Of a stretch of DNA of 64,000 nucleotides, positions 32,350 to 50,500 are shown one piece after another. Both the position numbers and the translations under genes were made by a program. How positions within the stretch are numbered: position 1 is the first letter of the stretch; each line of letters begins with the position of its first letter. The stretch covers positions 514,619 to 578,618 of the forward strand of contig NC_092556.1 of assembly GCF_037038585.1 (NCBI RefSeq), in the 5' to 3' direction. The DNA comes from Patagioenas fasciata (Eukaryota). The notes beneath the pieces were generated by a model. The model did not search any database, had not been told where the DNA came from, and saw only the letters and a program-made list of their open reading frames with translations.

Positions 32350-35300
32350 CTGCACATGGGGGGCAATGTGTGGGGCGATGTGTGGGGCAGGGTGTGGGGG
32401 GCACACGGTGCGAAAATGGGGGAGATCGGGGCAGAAACGGCCGAGATTTGGGGCCAATTTGGTGCCGATTTGGGGTGTGAAATGACACCAAAAATGGGGA
32501 TGTGGGGCGGGATCTATGGGGCAGGGTGTGGGGCGCAATGTGGGGGGTGTGGGGTGCGAAAATGGGGGAGATCAGGGAAGAAATGGGGGGGATTTGGGGG
32601 CATTTTGGGGTGGGAAATGGGTGGGAAATGGGTGATGAACTGGGATCTATGGGGCGGGATGTGGGGTGGGATGTGGGGCGCAATGTGGGGGGTGTGGGGT
32701 GCAAAAATGGGGGAGATCGGGGGAGAAATGGGGGGGATTTGGGGCCATTTTGGGGTGGTTTTGGATGCGATTTGGGGTGGGAAATGGGTGGGAAATGGGT
32801 GATGAAGTGGGATCTATGGGGCAGGATGTGGGGCGGGATCTATGGGGCAGTTGGAGTGAAAATGGGGCCAATTGGGGGAGAAATGGGGGGGATTTGGGGG
32901 CGATTTGGGGTGGGAAATGGGTGGGAAATGGGTGATGAAGTGGGATCTATGGGGCAGGATCTATGGGGCAGGGTGTGGGGCGCAATGTGGGGGGTGTGGG
33001 GTGCAAAAATGGGGGAGATCGGGGGAGAAATGGGGGGGATTTGGGGCCATTTTGGGGTGGTTTTGGGTGCGATTTGGGGTGGGAAATGGGTGGGAAATGG
33101 GTGGGAAGGTGGGGATCTATGGGGCAGGATCTATGGGGCTGGGTGTGGGGGGTGTGGGGTGAGAAAATGGGGGCGATTGGGGGAGAAATGGGGGGGATTT
33201 GGGGGCAATTTGGGGTGGGAAATGGGTGGGAAATGGGTGGGAAGGTGGGGATCTATGGGGCAGAGATGTGGGGCAGGGTGTGGGGCGCAATGTGGGGGGT
33301 GTGGGGTGAGAAAATGGGGGAGATCGGGGGAGAAATGGGGGGGATTTGGGGGCATTTTGGGGTGGGAAATGGGTGGGAAATGGGTGGGAAATGGGTGATG
33401 AAGTGGGGTCTATGGGGCAGGATCTATGGGGCTGGGTGTGGGGGGTGTGGGGTGAGAAAATGGGGGCGATCAGGGGAGAAATGGGGGGGATTTGGGCCCA
33501 TTTTGGGGTGGTTTTGGATGCGATTTGGGGTGGGAAATGGGTGGGAAATGGGTGATGAAGTGGGATCTATGGGGCACAATCTATGGGGCTGGGCATGGGG
33601 GGCACACGGTGAGAAAATGGGGGCGATTGGGGGAGAAATGGGGGAGATTTGGGGGCAATTTGGGGTGGGAAATGGGTGGGAAATGGGTGATGAAGTGGGA
33701 TCTATGGGGCGGGATGTGGGGCGGGATCTATGGGGTGGGATCTATGGGGCAGTTGGAGTGAAAATGGGGCCGATTGGGGGAGAAATGGGGGGGATTTGGG
33801 GCCATTTTGGGGTGGTTTTGGGTGCGATTTGGGGTGGGAAATGGGTGGGAAACTGGGGATCTATGGGGCAAGATGTGGGGCAGGATCTATGGGGTGGAGC
33901 TATGGGGCAGAGCTATGGGGCACAGGGAGCAAAATGGGCTCATTTTGGGGCAAAATGGGCTCATTTGGGGGCAATTTGGGCTCATTTTGGGGCGGGATTT
34001 TGACGTCGCGGGCAGGATCTATGGGGTGGGATCTATGGGGCGGAGCTATGGGGCGGATCTATGGGGCACAGAGAGCAATATGGGCTCATTTTGGGGCAAT
34101 TTGGGCTCATTTTGGGGCGTTTTGGGCTCATTTTGGGGCGTTTTGGGGCGGGATTTTGACGTCGCGGGCAGGATCTATGGGGCGGGATCTATGGGGCGGA
34201 TCTATGGGGCGGATCTATGGGGCAGAGGGAGCAATATGGGCTCATTTTGGGGCAAAATGGGCTCATTTTGGGGCGTTTTGGGGCGGGATTTTGACGTCGC
34301 GGGCAGGATCTATGGGGCGGGATCTATGGGGCGGATCTATGGGGCGGATCTATGGGGCAGAGGGAGCAATATGGGCTCATTTTGGGTCAATTTGGGCTTA
34401 TTTGGGGGCAATTTGGGCTCATTTTGGGGCGGGATTTTGACGTCGCGGGCAGGATCTATGGGGCAGGATCTATGGGGCGGATCTATGGGGCCGATCTATG
34501 GGGCAGAGGAAGCAATATGGGCTCATTTTGGGGCAATTTGGGCTTATTTGGGGGCAATTTGGGCTCATTTTGGGGCGGGATTTTGACGTCGCGGGCAGGA
34601 TCTATGGGGCGGGATCTATGGGGCGGATCTATGGGGCGGATCTATGGGGCAGAGGAAGCAATATGGGCTCATTTTGGGGCAATTTGGGCTCATTTGGGGG
34701 CAATTTGGGCTCATTTTGGGGCGGGATTTTGACGTCGCGGGTAGGATCTATGGGGCGGGATCTATGGGGCGGAGCTATGGGGCGGATCTATGGGGCACAG
34801 AGAGCAATATGGGCTCATTTTGGGTCAATTTGGGCTTATTTGGGGGCAATTTGGGCTCATTTTGGGGCGGGATTTTGACGTCGCGGGCAGGATCTATGGG
34901 GCGGGATCTATGGGGCAGGATCTATGGGGCAGAGGGAGCAAAATGGGCTCATTTTGGGGCAATTTGGGCTCATTTTGGGGCGTTTTGGGGCGGGATTTTG
35001 ACGTCGCGGGCAGGATCTATGGGGCGGGATCTATGGGGCAGATCTATGGGGCCGATCTATGGGGCAGAGGGAGCAATATGGGCTCATTTTGGGGCAAAAT
35101 GGGCTCATTTGGGGGCAATTTGGGCTCATTTTGGGGCGGGATTTTGACGTCGCGGGCAGGATCTATGGGGCGGATCTATGGGGCGGAGCTATGGGGCGGA
35201 TCTATGGGGCACAGAGAGCAATATGGGCTCGTTTTGGGGCAATTTGGGCTCATTTTGGGGCGTTTTGGGGCGGGATTTTGACGTCGCGGGCAGGATCTAT

Positions 35301-35377
35301 GGGGCGGGATCTATGGGGCGGGATCTATGGGGCGGATCTATGGGGCGGATCTATGGGGCGGATCTATGGGGCGGTAC

Positions 35378-35441
35378 CTCGCACTTGAAGGGCCGCTCGG
35401 TGGAATGGACCTGCCGGACGTGGCTGTTGAGGTGGTCGGGC
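35378..35441 (-). CDS. MAZ: MAZ zinc-finger exon (linker/ZF4-5)
   Basis: Acceptor ctcccctcccccgcag|G. Encodes (R)PDHLNSHVRQVHSTERPFKCE. Donor TGCGAG|gtaccg. Identical to human RPDHLNSHVRQVHSTERPFKCE. Confidence 0.85.
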
Positions 35442-35463
35442 CTGCGGGGGAGGGGAGAGGGCG

Positions 35464-38400
<2,937 letters not shown>

Positions 38401-38407
38401 CACCCAC

Positions 38408-39096
38408 CTGGAGAAGCTCTTCCCGCAGTGGCTGCACCCGTAGGGCTTGTGCACGGCCCCGTCGTGCGAGCGCACGTGGTGGCTCATCCTGTCCTTACGC
38501 TTGAAGCGCTGCTGGCACACGGGGCACTGGTGGGGCTTCTCGTCCGAGTGGGACAACTGGTGCCTCTTCAGGTGGTAGACGTCCCGAAACGCCTTCCCGC
38601 ACATCTCGCACGCGTGGTTCTTCCTCCCGCGTCCCCCTTTATTCCCTCCCCCCGCCGCCCCCGTCCCCTCCAAGGCGGCGGCCGAGACGCTCAACAGGCT
38701 CAAGGGGACCATGGTTGGCATCTTCATGGCGGCGTTGCCGGCCCCCTGGGGGACGTTGGTGGCCTTGTGGGTGGCCTGGTGGCGTCGGAGGTTGTAGCCG
38801 TTCTTGAACTCCTTGGCGCAAAGGGCGCAGACGTGGGGGCCTTTGGATTTGGATTTGCGGGGGGGGTCCGGGGTGGGGGTGGTGGGGGGTTGGGGTTGGG
38901 CGGGGGGTTGGGGTGGTGGGGGTGGGGGTGGGGGTGGGGGAGGGGAAGGGCCCGGCGGGGGTTTGAGGGCGGCGGCGTCGACGGTGGGGGCGGGGGAGGG
39001 GGTGGGGGAGGGGGAGGGGGGGGCGGGGGGGAGGACGGGGAGGAGGTCGACGGGGAGGGGGGAGGGGTCGGGGGGGGGGGGAGGGGCGGCGGCGGC
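38408..39096 (-). CDS. MAZ: MAZ large exon (proline-rich N-terminal region plus ZF1-ZF3)
   Basis: Candidate acceptor tttcccccccacag|GCC at 39097-39098, with an in-frame TAA 8 codons upstream. Encodes [228 protein letters not shown](R). Donor TCTCCAG|gtgggt. Matches human MAZ ...PLQVDLLPVL...STVDTAALKQPP...KSKGPYICALCAKEFKNGYNLRRHEAIH...AMKMPTMVPLSLLS...HACEMCGKAFRDVYHLNRHKLSHSDEKPYQCPVCQQRFKRKDRMSYHVRSHDGAVHKPYNCSHCGKSFSR. The first coding exon (start ATG) was not located. Confidence 0.75.
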
Positions 39097-39099
39097 CTG

Positions 39100-42580
<3,481 letters not shown>

Positions 42581-42639
42581 GCTGCGCTGTGATGGGCGGA
42601 GAGGGGAGGGGGGGTGGAGAGGCCGCGCCCTCCCTGGAA

Positions 42640-43500
42640 GCCACGCCCCCCCGCCTCAAGCCACGCCCCCTCAAGCCGCGCCGCTTTGGGAAGCCACGCC
42701 CCCCCCCATTGGGAACTACGGCAGCCAAACCACGCCCCTCAGTGGAAGCCACGCCCCTCAGGGGAAGCCACGCCCCTCAGGGGAAGCCACGCCTCCTCAA
42801 GCCGCGCCGCTTTGGGAAGCCACGCCCCCCCATGGGGAACTACGGCGGCCAAACCACGCCCCTCATTGGAAGCCACGCCCCCTAAAGCCACGCCCCCCAA
42901 GCCGCGCCGCTTTGGGAAGCCACGCCCCCCAATTGGGAACTACGACCCCCAAACCACGCCCCTCATTGAAAGCCACGCCCTTCAGTGGAAGCCACGCCCC
43001 CTCAAGCCGCGCCGCTTTGGGAAGCCACGCCCTCGCCATTGGATACTACGGCCCCCAAACCACGCCCCTCAGTAGAAGCCACGCCCCCCGTCAAGCCACA
43101 CCCCCGTCAAGCTGCGTCGCTTTGGGAAGCCACGCCCCCCCAATTGGGAACTACGGCCCCAAACCACGCCCCATTTGGGAAGCCACGCCCCCCTGGGGCA
43201 ACCCATTGGAAACCACGCCCCTCATTGGAAGCCACGTCCCCAAACCACGCCCCGATTGGGGGCCACGCCCCCTGTGGAAGCCACGCCCCCATTGGGAACC
43301 ACGCCCCCCAAACCCCGCCCCCGATTGGTGGCCACGCCCCCTTGACAACCCCATTGGCAGCCACGTTCTCCCCCCCAAGCCACGCCCCCATTGCAAACCA
43401 CGCCCCCTTAGGAGCCCCATTGGAAGCCACGCCCCCTCCTCATTAACCCCGCCCCCTAAGCTCCGCCTATTGCCCACCAAACCCCGCCCATTCCAAACCA
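42640..43500. repeat. Tandem array of ~20-bp units containing CCACGCCC(C) (e.g. gaagccacgcccc, caagccgcgccgctttgg), ~40 copies
   Basis: Direct reading. The core equals the KLF/Sp GT/GC-box consensus CCMCRCCC. Confidence 0.8.
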
Positions 43501-43649
43501 CGCCCCCTTATTTACAATGAGGCCCCCCCAGCCCTTATTGACCAATCAGAGCCCGCCCCTCCCGACCCCGCCCCCTCCACCTTCCCGCCATTTTTTTCCC
43601 GCCATTTTCATGCCAAATCCCCCCCCTCAGTGGGAGAGGGAACCAAGAG

Positions 43650-46600
43650 TCACATTTATTGAGGATTTTGGGTCATTTTGGGGACATTTTGGGGCTTTTG
43701 GGGTTTATTTACAGTTCTAGGGGGTCTTATGGGGGATTTTGGGTCATTTTGGGGCCATTTTGGGTCATTTTGGGTCAATTTTGGGTCCTTTTTGGGTCAA
43801 TTTGGGGTTGGTTCTTCAGTTGAGTTTTGGGCTCATTCCGCTCACATTTTCACCCCAAATTCACCATTTTTGGCCATTTTACCCCATTTTCTCCCCATAG
43901 GCCCCTTCCCCCCATTCCCCAGCCCCACAACCACCTCCCAATGGGGCCATTTTGGGTCATTTTGGGTCAATTTTGGGTCCTTTTGGGTCAATTTTGGGGT
44001 CATTTTCCCCTCTCTTGGGTTGGTTCTTCAGTTGAGTTTTGGGCTCATTCCGCTCACATTTTCACCCCAAATTCACCATTTTTGGCCATTTTACCCCATT
44101 TTCTCCCCATAGGCCCCTTCCCCCCATTCCCCAGCCCCACAACCACCTCCCGATGGGGCCATTTTGGGTCATTTTGGGTCAATTTTGGGTCCTTTTTGGG
44201 TCAATTTGGGGTTGGTTCTTCGGTTGAGTTTTGGGCTCATTCCGCCCACATTTTCACCCCAAATTCACCATTTTTGGCCATTTTACCCCATTTTCTCCCC
44301 ATAGGCCCCTTCCCCCCATTCCCCAGCCCCACAACCACCTCCCAATGGGGCCATTTTGGGTCATTTTGGGTCAATTTTGGGTCATTTTGGGTCAATTTGG
44401 GGTTGGTTCTTCGGTTGAGTTTTGGGCTCATTCCGCTCACATTTTCACCCCAAATTCACCATTTTTGAGCCATTTTACCCCATTTTCTCCCCATAGGCCC
44501 CTTCCCCCCATTCCCCAGCCCCACAACCACCTCCCAATGGGGCCATTTTGGGTCATTTTGGGTCAATTTTGGGTCATTTTGGGTCAATTTGGGGTTGGTT
44601 CTTCGGTTGAGTTTTGGGCTCATTCCGCCCACATTTTCACCCCAAATTCACCATTTTTGGCCATTTTACCCCATTTTCTCCCCATAGGCCCCTTCCCCCC
44701 ATTCCCCAGCCCCACAACCACCTCCCAATGGGGCCATTTTGGGTCATTTTGGGTCAATTTTGGTCCATTTTTGGTCAATTCCGCCCCCCTCAATGTTGAT
44801 CCCTCGGTTGAATTTTGGCTTCGTTCCGCTCACATTTTCACCCCAAATTCACCATTTTTGGCCATTTTACCCCATTTTCTCCCCATAGGCCCCTTCCCCC
44901 CATTCCCCAGCCCCACAACCACCTCCCAATGGGGCCATTTTGGGTCATTTTGGGTCAATTTTGGGTCAATTTTGGTCCATTTTTAGTCAATTCCAACCCT
45001 CTCAGGGTTGATCCCTCGGTTGAATTTTGGCTTCGTTCCGCTCACATTTTCACCCCAAATTCACCATTTTTGGCCATTTTACCCCATTTTCTCCCCATAG
45101 GCCCCTTCCCCCCATTCCCCAGCCCCACAGCCACCTCCCAATGGGGCCATTTTGGGTCATTTTGGGTCAATTTTGGGTCATTTTGGGTCAATTTGGGGTT
45201 GGTTCTTCGGTTGAGTTTTGGGCTCATTCCGCTCACATTTTCACCCCAAATTCACCATTTTTGAGCCATTTTACCCCATTTTCTCCCCATAGGCCCCTTC
45301 CCCCCATTCCCCAGCCCCACAACCACCTCCCAATGGGGCCATTTTGGGTCATTTGGGGTCAATTTTGGGTCAATTTTGGTCCATTTTTAGTCAATTCCAA
45401 CCCTCTCAGGGTTGATCCCTCGGTTGAATTTTGGCTTCGTTCCGCTCACATTTTCACCCCAAATTCACCATTTTTGGCCATTTTACCCCATTTTCTCCCC
45501 ATAGGCCCCTTCCCCCCATTCCCCAGCCCCACAGCCACCTCCCAATGGGGCCATTTTGGGTCATTTTGGGTCAATTTTGGGTCATTTTGGGTCAATTTGG
45601 GGTTGGTTCTTCGGTTGAGTTTTGGGCTCATTCCGCTCACATTTTCACCCCAAATTCACCATTTTTGAGCCATTTTACCCCATTTTCTCCCCATAGGCCC
45701 CTTCCCCCCATTCCCCAGCCCCACAACCACCTCCCAATGGGGCCATTTTGGGTCATTTGGGGTCAATTTTGGGTCAATTTTGGTCCATTTTTAGTCAATT
45801 CCAACCCTTTCAGGGTTGATCCCTCGGTTGAATTTTGGCTTCGTTCCGCCCACATTTTCACCCCAAATTCACCATTTTTGGCCATTTTACCCCATTTTCT
45901 CCCCATAGGCCCCTTCCCCCCATTCCCCAGCCCCACAACCACCTCCCAATGGGGCCATTTTGGGTCATTTTGGGTCAATTTTGGGTCAATTTGGTCCATT
46001 TTTGGTCAATTCCGGCCCTTTCAGGGTTGATCCCTCGGTTGAATTTTGGGCTCGTTCCGCTCACATTTTCACCCCAAATTCACCATTTTTGGCCATTTTA
46101 CCCCATTTTCTCCCCATAGGCCCCTTCCCCCCATTCCCCAGCCCCACAACCACCTCCCAATGGGGCCACTTTGGGTCATTTTGGGTCAATTTTGGGTCAT
46201 TTTGGGTCAACTTTGGTCCATTTTTAGTCAATTCCAACCCTTTCAGGGTTGATCCCTCGGTTGAATTTTGGCTTCGTTCCGCCCACATTTTCACCCCAAA
46301 TTCACCATTTTTGGCCATTTTACCCCATTTTCTCCCCATAGGCCCCTTCCCCCCATTCCCCAGCCCCACAACCACCTCCCAATGGGGCCATTTTGGTCCA
46401 TTTTGGGTCAATTTTGGGTCAACTTGGGGTTGGTTCTTCGGTTGAGTTTTGGGCTCATTCCGCTCACATTTTCACCCCAAATTCACCATTTTTGAGCCAT
46501 TTTACCCCATTTTCTCCCCATAGGCCCCTTCCCCCCATTCCCCAGCCCCACAACCACCTCCCGATGGGGCCATTTTGGGTCAATTTTGGTCCATTTTTGG

Positions 46601-47250
46601 TCAATTTGGGGTTGGTTCTTCGGTTGAGTTTTGGGCTCATTCCGCCCACATTTTCACCCCAAATTCACCATTTTTGGCCATTTTACCCCATTTTCTCCCC
46701 ATAGGCCCCTTCCCCCCATTCCCCAGCCCCACAACCACCTCCCAATGGGGCCATTTTGGGTCATTTTGGGTCAATTTTGGGTCATTTTGGGTCAATTTTG
46801 ATCCATTTTTGGGTCAATTTGGGGTTGGTTCTTCGGTTGAGTTTTGGGCTCATTCCGCCCACATTTTCACCCCAAATTCACCATTTTTGAGCCATTTTAC
46901 CCCATTTTCTCCCCATAGGCCCCTTCCCCCCATTCCCCAGCCCCACAACCACCTCCCAATGGGGCCATTTTGGGTCATTTTGGGTCAATTTTGGGTCCTT
47001 TTTGGGTCAATTTGGGGTTGGTTCTTCAGTTGAGTTTTGGGCTTGTTCCACTCGTTCCGGTCACGTTTTCGCCCCCAAATTCACCATTTTTGGCCATTTT
47101 ACCCCATTTTCTCCCCATAGGCCCCTCCCCCCCATTCCCCAGCCCCACAACCACCTCCCAATGGGGCCATTTTGGGTCATTTTGGGTCAATTTTGGTCCA
47201 TTTTTGGTCAATTCCGCCCCCCTCAATGTTGATCCCTCGCTTGAATTTTG
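43650..47250. repeat. ~200-bp higher-order tandem repeat, ~18 copies (unit: ggttcttcggttgagttttgggctcattccgctcacattttcaccccaaattcaccatttttggccattttaccccattttctccccataggccccttccccccattccccagccccacaaccacctcccaatggggccattttgggtcattttgggtcaattttgggtca)
   Basis: Direct reading. Unit starts recur at ~43816, 44026, 44218, 44414, 44606 and onward. Confidence 0.85.
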
Positions 47251-47296
47251 GCTTCGTTCCGCTCGCGTTTTCACCCCAAATTTCGCCATTTTTGGG

Positions 47297-47488
47297 TCAT
47301 TTCTCCCCATTCCCGCCCCCCAGGAGCCTCCTCTTCAATTCTCCAATCAGCACCTCCCGATCCCTCCGCCCCCCCCCCAAAATGGCGCCGTTTTCTTGAG
47401 CCCTCCGCACCAAATAGGGCAACGCGGTCTCTTCCGATCCCACCGGCACCGATTTGTAGACGTCATATCCGGCTTCTCCTGGCCCCAA
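47297..47488 (-). CDS. PRODH2: Proline dehydrogenase family gene (PRODH2-like) terminal coding segment with stop; 5' boundary and frame uncertain
   Basis: Encodes ...GPGEAGYDVYKSVPVGSEETALPYLVRRAQENGAILGGGRRDREVLIGELKRRLLGGGNGEK*, with stop TGA at plus 47297-47299. This matches the PRODH/PRODH2 C-terminus (human PRODH2 ...AGYVVYKSIPYGSLEEVIPYLIRRAQEN...ELLSQELWRRLL, recalled from memory). An in-frame TGA at plus 47501-47503 bounds the frame upstream. The good acceptor atttcccccttag| at 47548-47552 is in a different frame. Confidence 0.5.
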   Translation of the reverse strand: MGPGEAGYDVYKSVPVGSEETALPYLVRRAQENGAILGGGRRDREVLIGELKRRLLGGGNGEK

Positions 47489-47559
47489 AACCCCCCGAAA
47501 TCACCCCAAAAATCAATGGGGGGCCCCCCAGGGTGGGTTGGTTGGGGCTAAGGGGGAAA

Positions 47560-50500
47560 TAGGGGGAAAAATGGGGGGAATTGAGGGGAGTTTGGTACCC
47601 AAAGCGAGGGAGACGTGGTCGCACATCCCGTAGAGTTGGGCGAAGAAGACGCCGCCGCCAGAGCGGGGGAGGTGCAGGGCCTGCATGCTGGGGGAGGGGA
47701 TTTGGGGGGGTCAGGGGGGGTGGGGGGGGAAATTTGGGGGGAAATTTGGGGGGATTTGGGGGGAATTTGAGGGGATTTGGGGGAAATTTCAGGGGGAATT
47801 TGAGGGGATTTGGGGGGAAAATTTGAGGGGAAATTTGGGGGATTTTGGGGGGAATTTGGGGGGAATTTGGAGGGAAAATTTGAGGGGATTTGAGGGGAAA
47901 TTTCAGGGGAAATTTGGGGGATTTTGGGGGGAATTTGGGGGAAATTTCAGGGGGAATTCAGGGGATTTGGGGGGGAATTTGGGGGGAATTTGTGGGAAAT
48001 TTGAGGGGATTTGGGGGGAATTTGGGGGGAATTTGGGGGGAATTTGAGGGAAATTTCAGGGGGAATTTGGGGGATTTTGGGGGGAATTTGAGGGGGAATT
48101 TGGGGGGAAATTTGGGGGGGGACTTGGGGGAATTTGGGGGGAAAATTTGAGGGGATTTGAGGGGAAATTTGAGGGGATTTGGGGGGAAATTTGAGGGGAT
48201 TTGGGGGGAAATTTCAGGGGGAATTTGGGGGATTTTGGGGGGAATTTGAGGGGGGACTTCGGGGAATTTGGGGGGAAATCTGAGGGGATTTGGGGGGAAT
48301 TTGAGGGGGGATTTGAGGGGAAATTTGGGGGAATTTGGGGGGAATTTGGAGGGAAAATTTGAGGGGATTTGAGGGGAAATTTGAGGGGGGAATTTGGGGA
48401 GAAATTTGAGGGAATTTGGGGGAAATTTCAGGGGGGAATTTGGGGGGAATTTGAGGGGGAATTTGGGGGGGAATTTGGGGGATTTTGGGGGGAATTTGAG
48501 GGGGGACTTGGGGGGAAATTTCAGGGGGAATTTGGGGGATTTTGGGGGGAGTTTGAGGGGGGATTTGAGGGGAAATTTGAGGGGATTTGGGGGACTTGGG
48601 GGGGAATTTGGAGGGAAAATTTGAGGGGAAATTTGGGGGAATTTGAGGGGAATTTGGGGGGATTTTGGGGGAAATTTGAGGGGATTTGGGGTAATTTGGG
48701 GGAAATTTCAGGGGGATTTTGGGGGATTTTGGGGGGAATTTGAGGGGGGAATTTGAGGGGGAATTTGGAGGGAAAATTTGAGGGGATTTGAGGGGAAATT
48801 TGGGGGGGAATTTGGGGGGAATTTGGGGGGAATTTGAGGGGATTTGGGGGGAAATTTGGGGGGGAATTTGGGGGGAATTTGAGGGGATTTGGGGGATTTG
48901 GGGGGAAATTTGGGGGGGAATTTGGGGGGAAATCTGAGGGAATTTGGGGGACTTGGGGGGAAATTTCAGGGGGAATTTGGGGGATTTTGGGGGGAATTTG
49001 AGGGGGGATTTGAGGGGAAATTTGAGGGGATTTGGGGGGAATTTGGGGGATTTTGGGGGGAATTTGAGGGGGGACTTCGGGGAATTTGGGGGGAAATCTG
49101 AGGGGATTTGGGGGGAATTTGGGGGGATTTGGAGGGAATTTGGGGGAAATTTGAGGGGATTTGAGGGGAAATTTGGGGGGAAATTTGGGGTGAATTTGAG
49201 GGGAAAATTTGAGGGGGAATTTGGGGGAATTTGGAGGGAAAAATTGAGGGGATTTGGGGGGAAATTTGAGGGAATTTGGGAGATTTTGGGGGCAATTTGG
49301 GAGGGAAATTTGGGGGAAATTTGAGGGGATTTGGGGGGAATTTGGGGGAAATTTCAGGGGGAATTTGGGGGATTTTGGGGGGAATTTGAGGGGGGATTTG
49401 AGGGGAAATTTGAGGGGATTTGGGGGGAATTTGGGGGATTTTGGGGGGAATTTGAGGGGGGACTTCGGGGAATTTGGGGGGAAATCTGAGGGGATTTGGG
49501 GGGAATTTGGGGGGATTTGGAGGGAATTTGGGGGAAATTTGAGGGGATTTGAGGGGAAATTTGGGGGGAATTTGAGGGGAAAATTTGAGGGGGAATTTGG
49601 GGGAATTTGGAGGGAAAAATTGAGGGGATTTGGGGGGAAATTTGAGGGAATTTGGGAGATTTTGGGGGCAATTTGGGAGGGAAATTTGGGGGAAATTTGA
49701 GGGGATTTGGGGGGAATTTGGGGGAAATTTCAGGGGGAATTTGGGGGACTTTGGGGGGAATTTGAGGGAATTTGAGGGGGAATTTGGGGGGAATTTGGAG
49801 GGAAAATTTGAGGGGATTTGAGGGGAAATTTGAGGGGATTTGGGGGATTTTGGGGGAAATTTCAGGGGGAATTCAGGGGATTTTGGGGGGAATTTGAGGG
49901 GGAGTTTGGGGGAAATTTCAGGGGGGAATTTGGGGGGAATTTGAGGGGATTTGGGGGGATTTTGGGGGAAATTTGAGGGAATTTGGGGAGAAATTTGAGG
50001 GGAAATTTGGGGGATTTTGGGGGGAAAATTTGGGGGAATTTGGGGGAAATTTCGGGGGGATTTTGGGGGGAATTTGGGGGGGAATTTTGAGGGAAATCTG
50101 AGGGGATTTGGGGGGAATTTGGGGGAAATTTCAGGGGGAATTTGGGGGATTTTGGGGGGAATTTGAGGGGGGATTTGAGGGGAAATTTGGGGGGAATTTG
50201 AGGGGGAATTTAAGGGGATTTGGGGGGGATTTGGGGGGAATTTGGGGGAAATCTGAGGGGATTTGGGGGAAATTTGAGGGGATTTGGGGGAAATTTCAGG
50301 GGGAATTTGGGGGATTTTGGGGGGAAATTTGGGGGAATTTGGGGGGAAATTTGAGGGGATTTGGGGGAAATTTCAGGGGGATTTTGGGGGGAATTTGAGG
50401 GAATTTGGGGGGAAATCTGAGGGAATTTGGGGGATTTTGGGGGGAATTTGAGGGGGGACTTGGGGGGATTTGAGGGGAAATTTGGGGGGAATTTGAGGGG

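Noticed and set aside
47480-47550. Apparent homology LGGPPIDFWGDFGGVLGPGEAGYDVYK to human PRODH LGLHPADHQVYFGQLLGM...QAGYPVYK as one continuous frame
   Set aside because: On careful base counting (C6 and G6 homopolymers, not C7 and G7) this string mixes two reading frames, and an in-frame TGA intervenes. It is reported as a frame inconsistency, not as a clean exon.
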